Source: Lama guanicoe
Taxonomy: Eukaryota
DNA: 64,000 nt
Reading direction: 5' to 3'
NCBI GenBank assembly: GCA_013239625.1
Contig: MU053934.1
Span: 3,738,399-3,802,398 of the forward strand
Part shown: positions 45,901 to 58,100 of the stretch, one piece after another
Numbering within the stretch: the stretch's first letter is position 1
Layout of the letters: every line of letters begins with the position of its first letter
Translations under genes and position numbers: made by a program
Notes under the pieces: generated by a model
The model's input: only the letters and a program-made list of their open reading frames with translations
Database searches by the model: none
Told to the model about the DNA's origin: nothing

Positions 45901-48900
45901 TCATTCATTCCTCTCTCCTTAGCATGAGCGGGTGTGGGTACCACGCAGTCTCTTGCTCATAAAGCCCTGCAAGCGGCGCTGCCTGGCTCCAGCAGGCTCC
46001 CACTTTCCCCTATTTCTTTGGCAGGAAGAGTGATCCCTGCTTTCCGCCAGGCTTACAGCGACTGCAGTGTACTTCCCCACCTCCCCTTCTACTCATGGTG
46101 TCAAAAGCAGCCAAAGTTTAGGTTCTTTAAGGATTTCCACTGCGCGTGACTGCAAGGAGGTAAGCGCACTCAGCCTGCAAGGTCCCAGCACCGCTCCTGC
46201 GCCTGGCCAACCTCCCTGTCTATTCTCTCTATCAGAACTTGGCTGACTCTCTCAGGGTACTGGGGAAGCTGCCTTCTCCCTCAGTGTAATATAATATGCA
46301 CAGTAGGTGCTCAAGCAATAGGGTTACTGTAGTGTTCCCACTTGTGAGAGAACCTTCCCATTTTTCACCCTCTACCACCCTCTCAAGGGCCACCACCCTG
46401 AACTTGGTAAAGAGGCTCTTCCTACTCCCATTGAATGGATGAGGAAACTGGGGTGGGAGGAGGAAGGGGATGCGAATAGGGGAGAGTTGTCCGAGGCCCC
46501 TGGGACAGCCTCCATCCTGGAGAACTCAGTCAGAGCTGGAGCCCTGCTTCACGGTCCTCCTTCCCACCCACCCTGCGCCCCGAGGCTCTCACTCACGTGG
46601 ATGAGCCCTGCAGCTTGCCATAGAGCCAGCCGTTCTGGGCCTCAGGCACCAGCACCTCCACGACATCTCCGGCTGAGAAGCGCAGCAGTGTGTGGTTGGC
46701 ACCCTCCGAGTGGGAAACCAGGGCACGGACTCTCCGGGCGCCGCCGCCACCCCCGCCGCCTGGGCGCTCGCCGAAGGAGTTGGAGCGCGAGCGCTGGGTG
46801 CTGCTGCTGTAGAGCGAGGCTGCCGAGGGATGGGAGAGCGCCGCGGCGCGTGGGCGGGAAGTTCTCCCTCGCGTCTACCCTCGATCCCTCCTGCTGCAGC
46901 CGCAACCTCAGTTGCTCTTCCCGGCCCTCCCTCTGCACACCGGGGGCCGGGGGGCGGGTACTCACAGGCAGACGGCGTCCGGGGCAGGGACCGGCGGTCT
47001 GGCTCCAGCTGGGACGCGGGCCTCGCCTCGGTGGGCTCGGGGCCGTAGGAGCCGGAGCCATGCCGGCTGCGGGGGGGGCCGAACTCTCCCAGAGGCCTCT
47101 GGGGCTGCGAGGGGAGATGGGCAGGGGAGGGTGGGGCGGGGAGGGGCGGGGCCGCGGCGCCTTAGTCCAGCCCCCACCCCCAGTCCCAGGCGTCGGCGTA
47201 GGGGTTCTCCGGCCGGCGGCCGAGCCACCACGGGGGCGCCGAGGCCGCGCCACGGCGGAAGGGCCGCCCGAGGGGCGCAGCGTAGAATGGGACCCTCGGA
47301 GGGAGGAGGCTCCAGGCGGAGGGTCTCAGGCCCCAGGGCCCCACAGAAGGTGCCGGGGGTGGCCGGGGCGCGAACGGCGGCGGGGGCGCGAACGGCGGCG
47401 GGGGCACGAACGGCGGCGGGGGCGCCCAGGGCCTCACCATATCCAGGCGGGTGGGCGTCAGGCGGCCCGAGGGGTAGGGTGGCCCCAGCACCGGGCCCAG
47501 CAGGCCAGGGGAGTGGGCGCGCGACGGGCTGCGGCTGGCCTCCGACTGCTCTTTCCACAGCAGCACGCGGTTCTGGAGTATCCCCCGGGCCTGCCGGGTG
47601 GGGACATGGGTGGGGGTCAGCGAGATCTGAGCAGCCCCCAGAATCCTGGGGACTCAGAAGTGGCACCCTAGACCTGGGAACTCGGGCGCTGTAAGCTGAA
47701 GATGGCCAGGATTTCTAGCTGGAAGGAACCAAAGATCATTGTGGTCACTTGGGTTCACTCACTGTCCAGCCTTCCCTCTCTTTTGTCAGAGGTCCCTCAG
47801 TTTTCTTGTGGAGCTTCTCCTGCCCCCTCTCTCAGTCTGCATGCTTTGGTCGGGGCTCTCCCACTGCCTGATACAGGGGTAGGAGTACAATCCAGGCCTG
47901 GCCACTCTGGTTGCTCCACCCTCCTGGAGTTAGGGACGCACACCTACCCAAACACTGACCAAAGAACCCAATCCCAGTACTTACCCTGGAATAATATGGA
48001 AAAATATATTCTTTCACCTCATGGGGTTTGCTAAATAGAATAAAGCCAACACAGGAAACTACAACTAAGCAACGGATAGTGGCAACTTTCTTATGAAATC
48101 TTGTGTGCTCCTGGATCCAGCTATGCCTGAAACCCTTGAACCTCCCAGTGACTAAAATAAAATACCTTTTCTGTTTAAGCTAGCTTGAGTAGTTTTCTAA
48201 AAGAAGTCTTTCAAATAGTTTTTCCAGTCTATTCTTTTAGTCTATGTAAGCACCCCTTTTCTAGTGTCTAATACATGGGCATTCTAACTGCTTCAGTACA
48301 TTCAAGGACAGGAAACTTAGCAGCTGACCACATAGTCTATAACAGCTTTGGGTGGGAGGACTTTAAATGTTAGACCTGCTGTGTGTATTAATCATGTTTT
48401 TAATTTTCTGTGCTTTATGATGCTTTGGCCTCCTGGGGTCTTGCTAATTCTGAAAAGACTGCCCTCACAGGGCTAGATAATTTCCTAGAGATAGTAAGCA
48501 GTTTGCCTCTGAGCACACCTTTCGTAAGCAGATCAGTGGATCCAAAACCCATATCCCCAACCACCTCCATCTAACTTGAACACCAAGCCTGTATTTCCCC
48601 TACCCTAAATCACCCAAGCCAGGGCCAGACAACTAGAGACAACCATTATAGCCCAGAGCCCACTGAAATTATTCAAACCATCCAATGCTAAACGTGCTTA
48701 AACTTGTCCTCCCAAAGAAGCCATATACATGGCTAGTGAATACATGAAAAGATATTCAGCATTATCAGCCATCAGGGAAATCAAATCAAAACTGTAATGT
48801 AATACTGCCTCACACTGGGATGGCTTTAATCAAAAAGACAGTAACAAGTGTTGGCAAGGATGTAGAGAAATTTGGACACCTCAAAACTGCCAGTGGGAAT

Positions 48901-51900
48901 ACAAAATGGTGAGTCTGGAAGTTCCTTAAACAGGTAAATGCAGAATTACCAGATGACTCACCACCTCTACTCCTATATATCCAAGAGAAATGAAAACCTA
49001 CATCCACGCAAAATCTTTTACATGGATAGCCATAGCAGCATTATTCATAATAGCTTAAAAGTAGGAACAACCCGGATGTCCATCCATTGATGAATGGATA
49101 AATAAATGTGGTTTATCTAGATGACGGAATATCATTTGGCAATACAAAGGAACGGGGTATGGACATGTGCTGATGAACCTGAAAAACATGATGCTCAGTG
49201 AAGGAAGCCAGTCACATGTGATCCCTTTCATGTGAAATGGCCCGAAGAGGCAAATCTATAGAGACAGAAAGTAGATTAGTGGTTGCTTAGGGCAAGGGGG
49301 AATGGGAAGACTGAGGAATGACCACTAAGGGGTACTGAGATTTTTAGGGGTAATGAAAGTGTTCTAAGTTTGATTTACAGCAACGGATGAACAACTCTAT
49401 GAATATACTAAACCAGTGACTTGTACACTTTAAATGGGTGAATTGCATGGTGTGTGAATTATATCTCAATAAAACTGTTTAAAGGAAGAAGAAGCGGTTC
49501 CTCCCAGAAGGATCACTCTGTGGGAGAGAGGAGGAGGGGAGGAGAAGGCTGAACCCTGAGCGTGGGGCTGAGTGTGGTGGTGACAGCAGGAGAATATCGG
49601 CAGGGGCCGAGATCAGTCGCGGCCATGTCTCTCGCCTCTGCTCAGCACTGGAGGGTCCCTGGGTGCAGAAACAGAGACTCAGGGAGGGGTCTGGTGAGGT
49701 AAGGGCCCGGAGGTGGGGAGGAGGGAGGCTGCTGCTGGCTGTTGGAGTCTGCTGTCTTCAAACAGATGGGTCTCCTGAATGTTAACCTTTGTTTTCATCT
49801 TTGGAGGGGAGTGAGCAGGGGCAGGGGGCCCTAATTCTACTGGGCTCCAGCACGTGCCAGGCTGCATCATCGCACCAACCTTCTGAGGGGGCGATTACTT
49901 CCCTCCTTTTCCAAGTGAGAAAATGAGACTCAGCGAGACAAAATTACTTGCCAGAATTGGCAGCCAGGGCCCAGTACTTGGGAAACTGAACAAGCAGGCA
50001 AAGAAATGGAAATAGAAACTGAGCAAGAATACAAAGAAATACCTCCTCCCTGCCTAAAAAAGGGTTTGAATATTGGTGGTAGTGGGTATAGCTCAGTGGT
50101 AGAGTGTGTGCTTAGCATACATAAGGTCCTGGGTTCAATACCTAGTACCTCCATTAAAAAAATAATGATGGCGGAGAGATAATAATTAAAGAAACAGAAG
50201 AAGAAATAAGTCCCAGGACCTGCAGAAAGACTTGCTCCTGCAGGCTGAAGGGGCACCGACAGGCATCCATCTAGGTGGTGCCCAGACAAGTTCCTGAGTC
50301 CCAAGGACACAAAGAAAATCTCCAAGCATCCGTAGAGAAAAGAGTCAGTTACTTAAAAGGGAAAGGAGACAGACCAGCACCTGACCTAGCAACTACAACA
50401 CAGAGTGCTGGAAAACGGGCAAATCATCTTGGACCATGAGAAGAAGAAGCCTGCAGCTCTCAAGTCCTTCAGCCAGCCAGTATGCTCCTCACCAGTCAGG
50501 GTGAAAGCGAGACATTTACAGATATGCAAGAATTCAGTGTATCTGTAGAAAATAACCCTGCGAGTTCTCTATCGACACCAATTAATCAAAACAGAAACCT
50601 CAAGACAGTGGAGATGGAAAGGACTGAAAACAGTAGCAAGTCCAAAGGGGAAAGGGTGGGGACGGATACATTAGGGGTTGGGGATTAACAGACACACATG
50701 ACTGTATATAAAATAAACAACAAGGACCTACTGTATAGCACAGGGAACTATATTCAGTTTCTGATAATAATATATAATGGAAAAGAATCTGAAAAGAAAA
50801 ATATATATGTATGTATATATGTGTGTATGTGCATGACTGAATCACTTTGCTGTACATCTGAAACTAACATTGTAAATCAACTACACTTCAATGAAAAATT
50901 AAAAAAAAAAGAAAACAGTGGTAAGACATGCATCTGATCATATGTGTGGTGAAATGTTGGGTGACGGTGGTGGTGAGCTGGCAGTGGTAATATATGTAAT
51001 CTAACTAAGATTCTTGAAATAGAAGGGCTATGCTGCAAGGAAATGACGAGTGAGGGTCTGAATCTAAGTCCCAACGTTTCTTGGCAAAACTAAGATGTGG
51101 GATTTGGGGAGAATGAGAAGAGGAGTAAAGATTTTTGCAAGCCTCATCTTAGAGAATGAAAGAGGGCAGGAAAGTCCTTAAGGTCTCATCTCATGGGCTG
51201 AGGGGAGCAATAGACCAAGTATTGGGGGGGCAGTATTTTTTTGAGAAAGATAATAAATATATGTGCTTATGAGGGTCACAAAGTGAGGTCATCATAAACA
51301 GAGATGAAAAGAACAGAATTTCCAAATTAATTAAGGGGAAAGGGATGTGGAATGAATTAAATAAATCCCAGCTAAAACTGGAGGAAGGACACTCCTGTAG
51401 GAGGAGCTCTCCTGCCCTCCCAGGCATCCTCAATTATTCCAAGCAGGAAGAGAAGCAAGCCAACCTTTCCTACAGGAAGGTGTTGCCTGTTTTATTATCC
51501 AACAATAGAAGAAAACTCCTCCCCTCTTCGCCCCCGCCCTTGTCACAGGCCAGCCAATCAGACTTCAGCAGCCTGCCAATGAGAAACATCCATACTTTGA
51601 AGTCCCAGCTTTCTCCAATGTACTCTTTGGTTATTACAGCCCCTCTCAGCTCCCCTCTTTCCCCCATTAAAGCAAGCCCGCCTTCCTTATTCTCTGGATT
51701 CCCCCATGGTTTGCCATAGTTAGCATATCCTAAATTGCAATTCCTGAATAAGCTTGCTTTTGCTGGTAAAATAACTGGCTATTATGGTACTAAAGTTGAC
51801 TGGGGAATATATAGTTAATCAAACTGATAACGACAAGAATGGGAGAAAAAGAGGAAATGACAAAGGAAATACAATTAAATCAGGTTATTCAGAAATGGGA

Positions 51901-54900
51901 TTAACGTTAAATGAGAATGGACTGAATTCTACGGCACAGACTGTCAGACTGGGCAAAAAACAAAACTAGGCTATATCTTTGTAACAGAAAACACTTAAAA
52001 GATAAGAAAAGAAAAAGTAGGAAGGGCAATAACAATGTCAGACAAAGTGGAATGAAAGGTATCATCCTGGATTATGAGAGACATTAAATACATAGATGGC
52101 GATATTTACAGAGAAGATGTAACAGTCAAAGCATAAACCCCACAGCACTAAACAACAGGACAACCAAAGGCAGAAAGCAAAATCCATCAGAAATACGATA
52201 GTCTAGCAGATAGAGTAAGGCAAGAGCATAGAAGATTTAAGTAATATGGTAAAATTAATAGATAATAACTGAGTAAGGCTATGAGTTAATGATTTTGTGA
52301 GTAGTGAGTATATTTAAGCAGGAATAAAAAAAATCATTCATACACGAATTAATAAATGCATGAATTAGTTAATGAATGTGAGAATTTTAAAAATTATGAA
52401 TGAATAAATGGATGAATATTTGATGACACGAATAAACACAAAGAAATCGATGGAGAGAGTAAATAAATAAGAAATATCTTAAAAGTAGATGGAAAGAAGG
52501 GAAAAGGGAGGAAGGGAGGGCAATTCCTGTGCGCAGCCAGCTCGCGGAGAGCACAGCCCCTAGAAGGGCTCCGTTAGCTGTCCCCCCAGCCCCAGCTCAC
52601 CCGGCCAAAAAACTGCAGGAAGGTGTTGGAAAGCAGCAGGTGCTTCTCAGCCAGGAAGCGATAGCGCCGCTTCTCTTCCAGTTCTGCCGCCCGCTGACTC
52701 TCAGACACGAAGGCCTGCATCTGCGCGTGCAGCCGGTTCACGCTCTCCTGGGGAAAAAGGGGATGCTGGCTGGAGGCAGGGAGCGGATCCCACATCCCAC
52801 CCGCAACGAGTGCCCGCTGTCTGAAGCGCCCCTCTCCTTTCTGAACCAGCAACTCCTCCCGAGGCCTCCCCTGAGCACTCAGCCCATCCTTGCGCTGGTC
52901 TTCCTTCTCATGTGCATCATGAGCCTGGGCCCTGCATGCCCCCTGGCCCTGCATGCCCCCTGGCTGGGGCACTTCTCCCAGGTAGGGATGGGTCTGAGCC
53001 ATCCCTCTCTCCCCAGCACCCACCACAGGGCTGAGCACAGAAGTGAGGTCCAGGCAGGTTGGTTTAATGAAAATGCAAATTAATTGATTAATAGCCCCTA
53101 CTTAGGAGGAGAGAGAGAGAGAGGGAGACAAAGAGGTGAGCTTATCAAAGAAGCCAGAAGAGGAGACAGGAAAGGAGATAGAGGCCTGGGAGACAGAGGC
53201 CAGGGATGGGGCCCTGAGCTCGGGAGGAGGGGCTGGACTGAGCCAGGGTACAGGAGGGAGGGAGAGGGTGGCTGCTGGTAGACCACAACTTTGCTACCAT
53301 GATCAGGAGCAGCATAACTGATGGCCTCAGGTTTTCTCAGTGAGCTAGAAGAGGAGGGAGGCCAAGGGAACCTGGGGAGGGCCAGGCAGTGACAGGACAA
53401 GGAGCCGGGCTGAGGGTGTCCCTGACACCAGTGATGCCCACCCTGCCAGTGGCAGGCTGACCTCTCCAGCTGTGCCCACCACACAAGATGGATAGGGCAA
53501 GCCACACTCCTGGAGTTGGGTAGGGGAGCTCAGGACGGTATCAGGGGCCCCCCTCAGAGCCTGGTCTCATCCCCAGCCCCTGCACCTTCATCTCCCGAGC
53601 ATTCTTGTCTCTCTTGCGCTCCATACGCCACAGCTCTGACATGTGCTTCTCCAGGTTGGCAGCTCGGTGGCGGTACTCCAGCTCGTAGTGCTGGCGGCTG
53701 TCCTTGGATGGAGTGGAGAGAGGAGGGAGACCCCTGTGTCAAAGAGCTCAAGGCACCCAGCCCATGTACCGGAGTGCTGGACGGGGGCAGGCGCTCAGCT
53801 AGGAACATGTGTATCCTGCAGCCAGTCAATGCCCAGCACTGGCCTCGGTGTGCCCATCCATCAAATGGGGAGAGATGGTCCTGCCAGTGATGGGCTGTGG
53901 GGCCAGGATGGGTGGCCAGACTCACTTTGATGAACTGCATGTCCAGCTTGGTGTTCTTCTCCATGTGCTGCAGCAGGTCTCCATGGAATGTCTGCACCTG
54001 TGTGGAGTGCAGGGCAGGGGTGATCAGGGTGGCCCTATCATTCCCAGGCCCCAGTGTTCCTGGCACTGCCCACTCCAATACATTGCCCACTGCATTTGTA
54101 ACACACCAGGCACCTGCCCAAACATCAGAGAAATGGGTATAATAAGAGCACCTGGTTGGAGGGAAAATTAAGCAGTTAAACATATAAAACATTTAGTGCA
54201 AAATCCTCTGTGTAATATGTCAACACCTTCTGGTTCTTAGCCTGTGCCTTGATGATGCCTGGAACTTCATACCAATATTTAAATACCAGCATCCCTGCTC
54301 CCTCTGCTGGGAGGACTTCCAGGCGGAAACTCTCAGATTTTGTTTTGGAATGTGTACAATTTTTTGTTCATTGTTCATTCCTCCAGTCACAGGATGGAAT
54401 TTCTTGCCAGGCCCCTGGATATAGCCCTTTTGTAGGAGCAGCGAGCCACTGTGGGTCTGAACCAAGTCTGCCCCGTCTCTGTGGCCCCAGCACCGTGTGC
54501 CAGACCTGGCCCAGCAAAGTGCTCACTAGCTGTTGAGGTCTTCACTGGGATGGCGGGGTCCCGTGACAGGTGAGGAGGAGGTGACTGACCACCTGCGTGA
54601 CCAGGAGGCCCAGGAAGGCTATTGGGCTCAGGCTCAGAAGAGTTTCCTTCTAGCACACTCTAGAGGTTCTGCCTCCGATTTGCTCTGTAACTTTGGATGA
54701 GTTGCTGCCCATCTCTGTGCCTCAGTTTCCTCATCTGTAACAGGAAGGTTTTAGCCAGATGCTTTCTAAGGTCCCGCCCTAGAACTCAGCAAGCTTTGAT
54801 TCTGTGGGCCCCAGTGGTCAGCTGGCACATTCCCCACGTGTCCCCCAGTGGTGTTCCCTGGGTCACTACATGTTGCTGGGGTGTTGGACCTAAATCCTTG

Positions 54901-55147
54901 CAGCTACACTCTGCTCCCGGGTTCCAACTGAGCAGAAACAAAGGGGAGCATCTCCAGACCTCTGCCACTTCTGGGGACCCCTCCACCTCTGCTCAGCCTT
55001 CTCTGCACACAGCCTTTCCCCTCAGCAGCTCAAGAGCCCTCAGCAGACGGGGAGGGTGTAGCTCAGTGGTAGAGCGCAGGCTTAGCATGCATGAAGTCCT
55101 GGGTTCAATCCCCAGGACCTCCGTTAAAATAAATAACTTTTTGAAAA

Positions 55148-55185
<38 letters not shown>

Positions 55186-58100
55186 TTTAAAAAAAGAAGA
55201 AGAAGCACCTTCACTGGGTCCTGCCTCCTGCCCCAGAGGTCCCGCTGAGGGCGGCAGGCTCTGACCCTCAGGGGCAGGAATGCGGGTAATCAGGAAAGAC
55301 TAGCAAATTATGAAAATTCTAAGTTTTTCTTCCACAATTGTTTCTGAAACCACAATTGTTTCTGCTAACTGCTGGTCTGTAAGGGAGCTTGGCTGTGGCC
55401 TCCTTGGGACTGGCCAGGCCTTAAAATCCTGCTTGTGGCTGTTGGGATGGGAGGCAGGAATCTGTGTTACCAGCTGCTCTGAGTCCCAGTTTCTGGCCCA
55501 TGGGGGCCTTTTACTGCTGGATCCCAACAGTAAGGAAGTGAGCCTTCCCCACCTGCACCTGCACGGCCTCCCAGTGGGCGTCTCCTGGGTGCCTCACTGG
55601 CCTCACCCTCCTGGTCCTGCTTTCCACTAAAGTGACAGTTCAAGATCTCTACCTGAACACAAGATGTATGTCCCTGAAAATCACCGCATCCTGCAAAATC
55701 ACCCAATATAAACAACAGGGCTCATAGGAGATGCAGCAACTGTACAACCAGAGCACTAATAGAGAAGGCGAAGGGTACCTGCAGAGATGAACTTGAACCA
55801 CATCCAAGCCACAGGAAAATACTAAAAATGCACAAGATCAATAGAATGGCCCTACTGGCAACATTAATTACCGCAGAGCCGGTGAGCCTGGACCAGCTGG
55901 GATGAGGCTGGGTGGTCATGATGGTGGGCGAGGGAGATGCAGCTCCTGCCCCACAGCTGAGTCCCGGGGTGGGGGTGGGCAGCTGGGAGCCCTCGCTTTC
56001 CCCAGGGAGGCCTAAGCGCAGGACGTTTTCAAACGTTCTTAAAAGAGCTGTTGCTGTCAGCGCGGCAGGCAGGCTGGGGGCGGTCCCGTTCTTACTAATT
56101 CTGATACCCTGTCCCCCTCCTCTTGCCTAAGAAACATCGCTTAGGATCAAGCCACCTTCCATGTCATAGGATATGTCTCCTGCTTCCAGCCACATATGAA
56201 CTGAGTGCCACCACGGAAATGCATGTTGGAGCAGGACAGGTGGATTGTAATTCTTCCCATTACCAGGGCTTGGCTGAGCTCACCAACAGCGTAGGGGCAC
56301 AGACCCAGGATGCCCCAGTCAGATGGGGCCCAGGCACCACCGGTTTAATGGAAAGTCATCGTCAAGCTCCTGAATCTAGTAAGTTGATGCTTGAAGAAAG
56401 GGGAGGGTAGAGCTCAGTGGTAGAGCATGTGCTTAGCATGCATGAGGTCCTGGGTTCAATCCCAGTACCTCCATTAAAAAAATAAACTTAATTACCTCCT
56501 CACTCGCCCCTCAAAAAGCAAAACAACAAAAATTGAAAAAAAAAAAGTTGATGCTTGAAGAGAACTTTGAACTCGTGCTGTGGGGGAGCCAGAGGACTGT
56601 CTATAATTAGCAGGCGGCTTCTGAAACAAGGAAGTCACCAAGCCCAGGGCAGGCTGAGAAATTCCCAGCAAGTCTGAACAGAGGCCGCCTCCCCCTGCTC
56701 CCCTCTCCTCGGCACATGCTTCCTCAGTGGATCCTGTAAACCCTTCAGTAGCAGAAGCTGAGAGCAGTCCTATTGTTGAGAACACGCACTGTAAGTTCCA
56801 CATCTCCAGTTATTCTAGTAACTCATGAAATCCCTTTGCCAAAAGGAAAAGCTCTTTGAAAGAATTGTCTCTGTGGGCTGACCCCAAACACTCTCTTCCC
56901 ACTCAGGCCCTCCAGTCAGGCTGTTGCCCCACCACGCCAAGAGCGCTGTTGTCAAACTCACCAAGACTCCACCTTGCTGAGTCTCATTCTCAGGACTCAT
57001 CCAACTTGTCCCCTTTGTCATCACTGGACACAACTGATCGCTCCCACCTCCTGAGATGCCTTCCTCCATCAGCTTCCAGCCCATCTCCTTCTCCTAGTTT
57101 TCCTTGCACCCTCCTGGCTTCCTCTTCTCTGTCCTTTGCTGACTCCCCTCATCTCCCTGATCCCCAAAGTTTGGGTTGCCCTGGGATCAGGCCTTGGGCC
57201 TCTTCCCTTCTCTACCAACACCACTCCCTTGGTGAGCCATGCAGTCCACATGCTGACGGCTCCCAAATGCATATCTCAGCACAGACCTTCCCCCCAAATC
57301 GTCTCATCCATACAACTATATGGACTCCTTTCAGCCAAGAAGAAGAGACAAAAGAGTGAAGACAGGCTAGGAAGGTCTAAAACACAGATGAGTCCCTGAG
57401 GAAGAAATGCAAAGAAAGAACAAACAAACAAAACAAATTCTAAAAACTGTAATTCAAGATAACTTTTCTGAAATTAAAAAAAAAACAGATTTCAATTACC
57501 TATTGAAAGAGTACACCATATAACTAAGACTATTGTCCCAGACTGATCCACATCAAGACATATTCTAGAAAAATTGCTAGACTTAAGAAAAAGAAAAAAA
57601 TTGGGAGGAGATTGAGGAGAGCAAATGTAAAATACGTTTTAACTGTTTTCAGAAATCATATTGGTGGTGGTAGACGCACTAACATTATTCAGAGGCTGTT
57701 GTGGGTATAACATGAGACAAAGCAAACGGGTAACTGTGGGATGTTATCCTTTCATTCTCTCTATCCTTGAGAATCAGGATTCTTGCTGTGGAACAAAAGA
57801 GATACTGGTGGAACAGAGACGAGGTTAAGTAAAAATCTGTGGCTGAATCTGAATTGGAAGTATCAGCATGAACTTAAGAAGCATTCTGTCTTTAACTATA
57901 TATTTATCATGTATGTATGTGTATATACACATATCATTTGTGCAAATGTATGTGTGTATCTATGTATAAATGTATATATCTAGGCATATAGAGCATATTT
58001 ATTATATATACCTATGAATGTACATATGTTACTGGCCACTGAAAAAATCTAGGAAGAATGATCAACTCAGTAGCCATGGACACTCCTAGTGCCCAGATTA

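Larger units (their letters stand above)
46500..47700. other. Intragenic CpG island over BAIAP2L2 exons 8-10
   Basis: Very high GC and CpG density, including the introns. Confidence 0.85.

Noticed and set aside
44228..47425. Short tandem arrays as CRISPR-like or other prokaryotic systems
   Set aside because: Mammalian spliced-gene context, no unique spacers and no cas-like ORFs; these are minisatellites.
46439..47671. 410-aa plus-strand ORF and overlapping 200-260 aa ORFs
   Set aside because: Antisense shadow of BAIAP2L2 exons 8-10 in a CpG island where stop codons are rare; Arg/Gly/Pro-rich with no recognisable domain.
55052..55124. Apparent tRNA-Ala(AGC) genes (also at ~20940-21012, ~50082-50153 and ~56402-56473)
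   Set aside because: In this copy the acceptor stem has A-C and G-G mismatches and the anticodon stem a G-A mismatch. All copies carry SINE A-rich tails and one has a TSD, so they are SINEs rather than tRNA genes.
55332..55364. 15-bp direct repeat CCACAATTGTTTCTG x2
   Set aside because: Ordinary small tandem duplication with no supporting context.
55634..55744. Possible Tigger-like MITE with degenerate CAGTT...AACTG ends
   Set aside because: Inverted repeats are too degenerate to call without a Dfam search.
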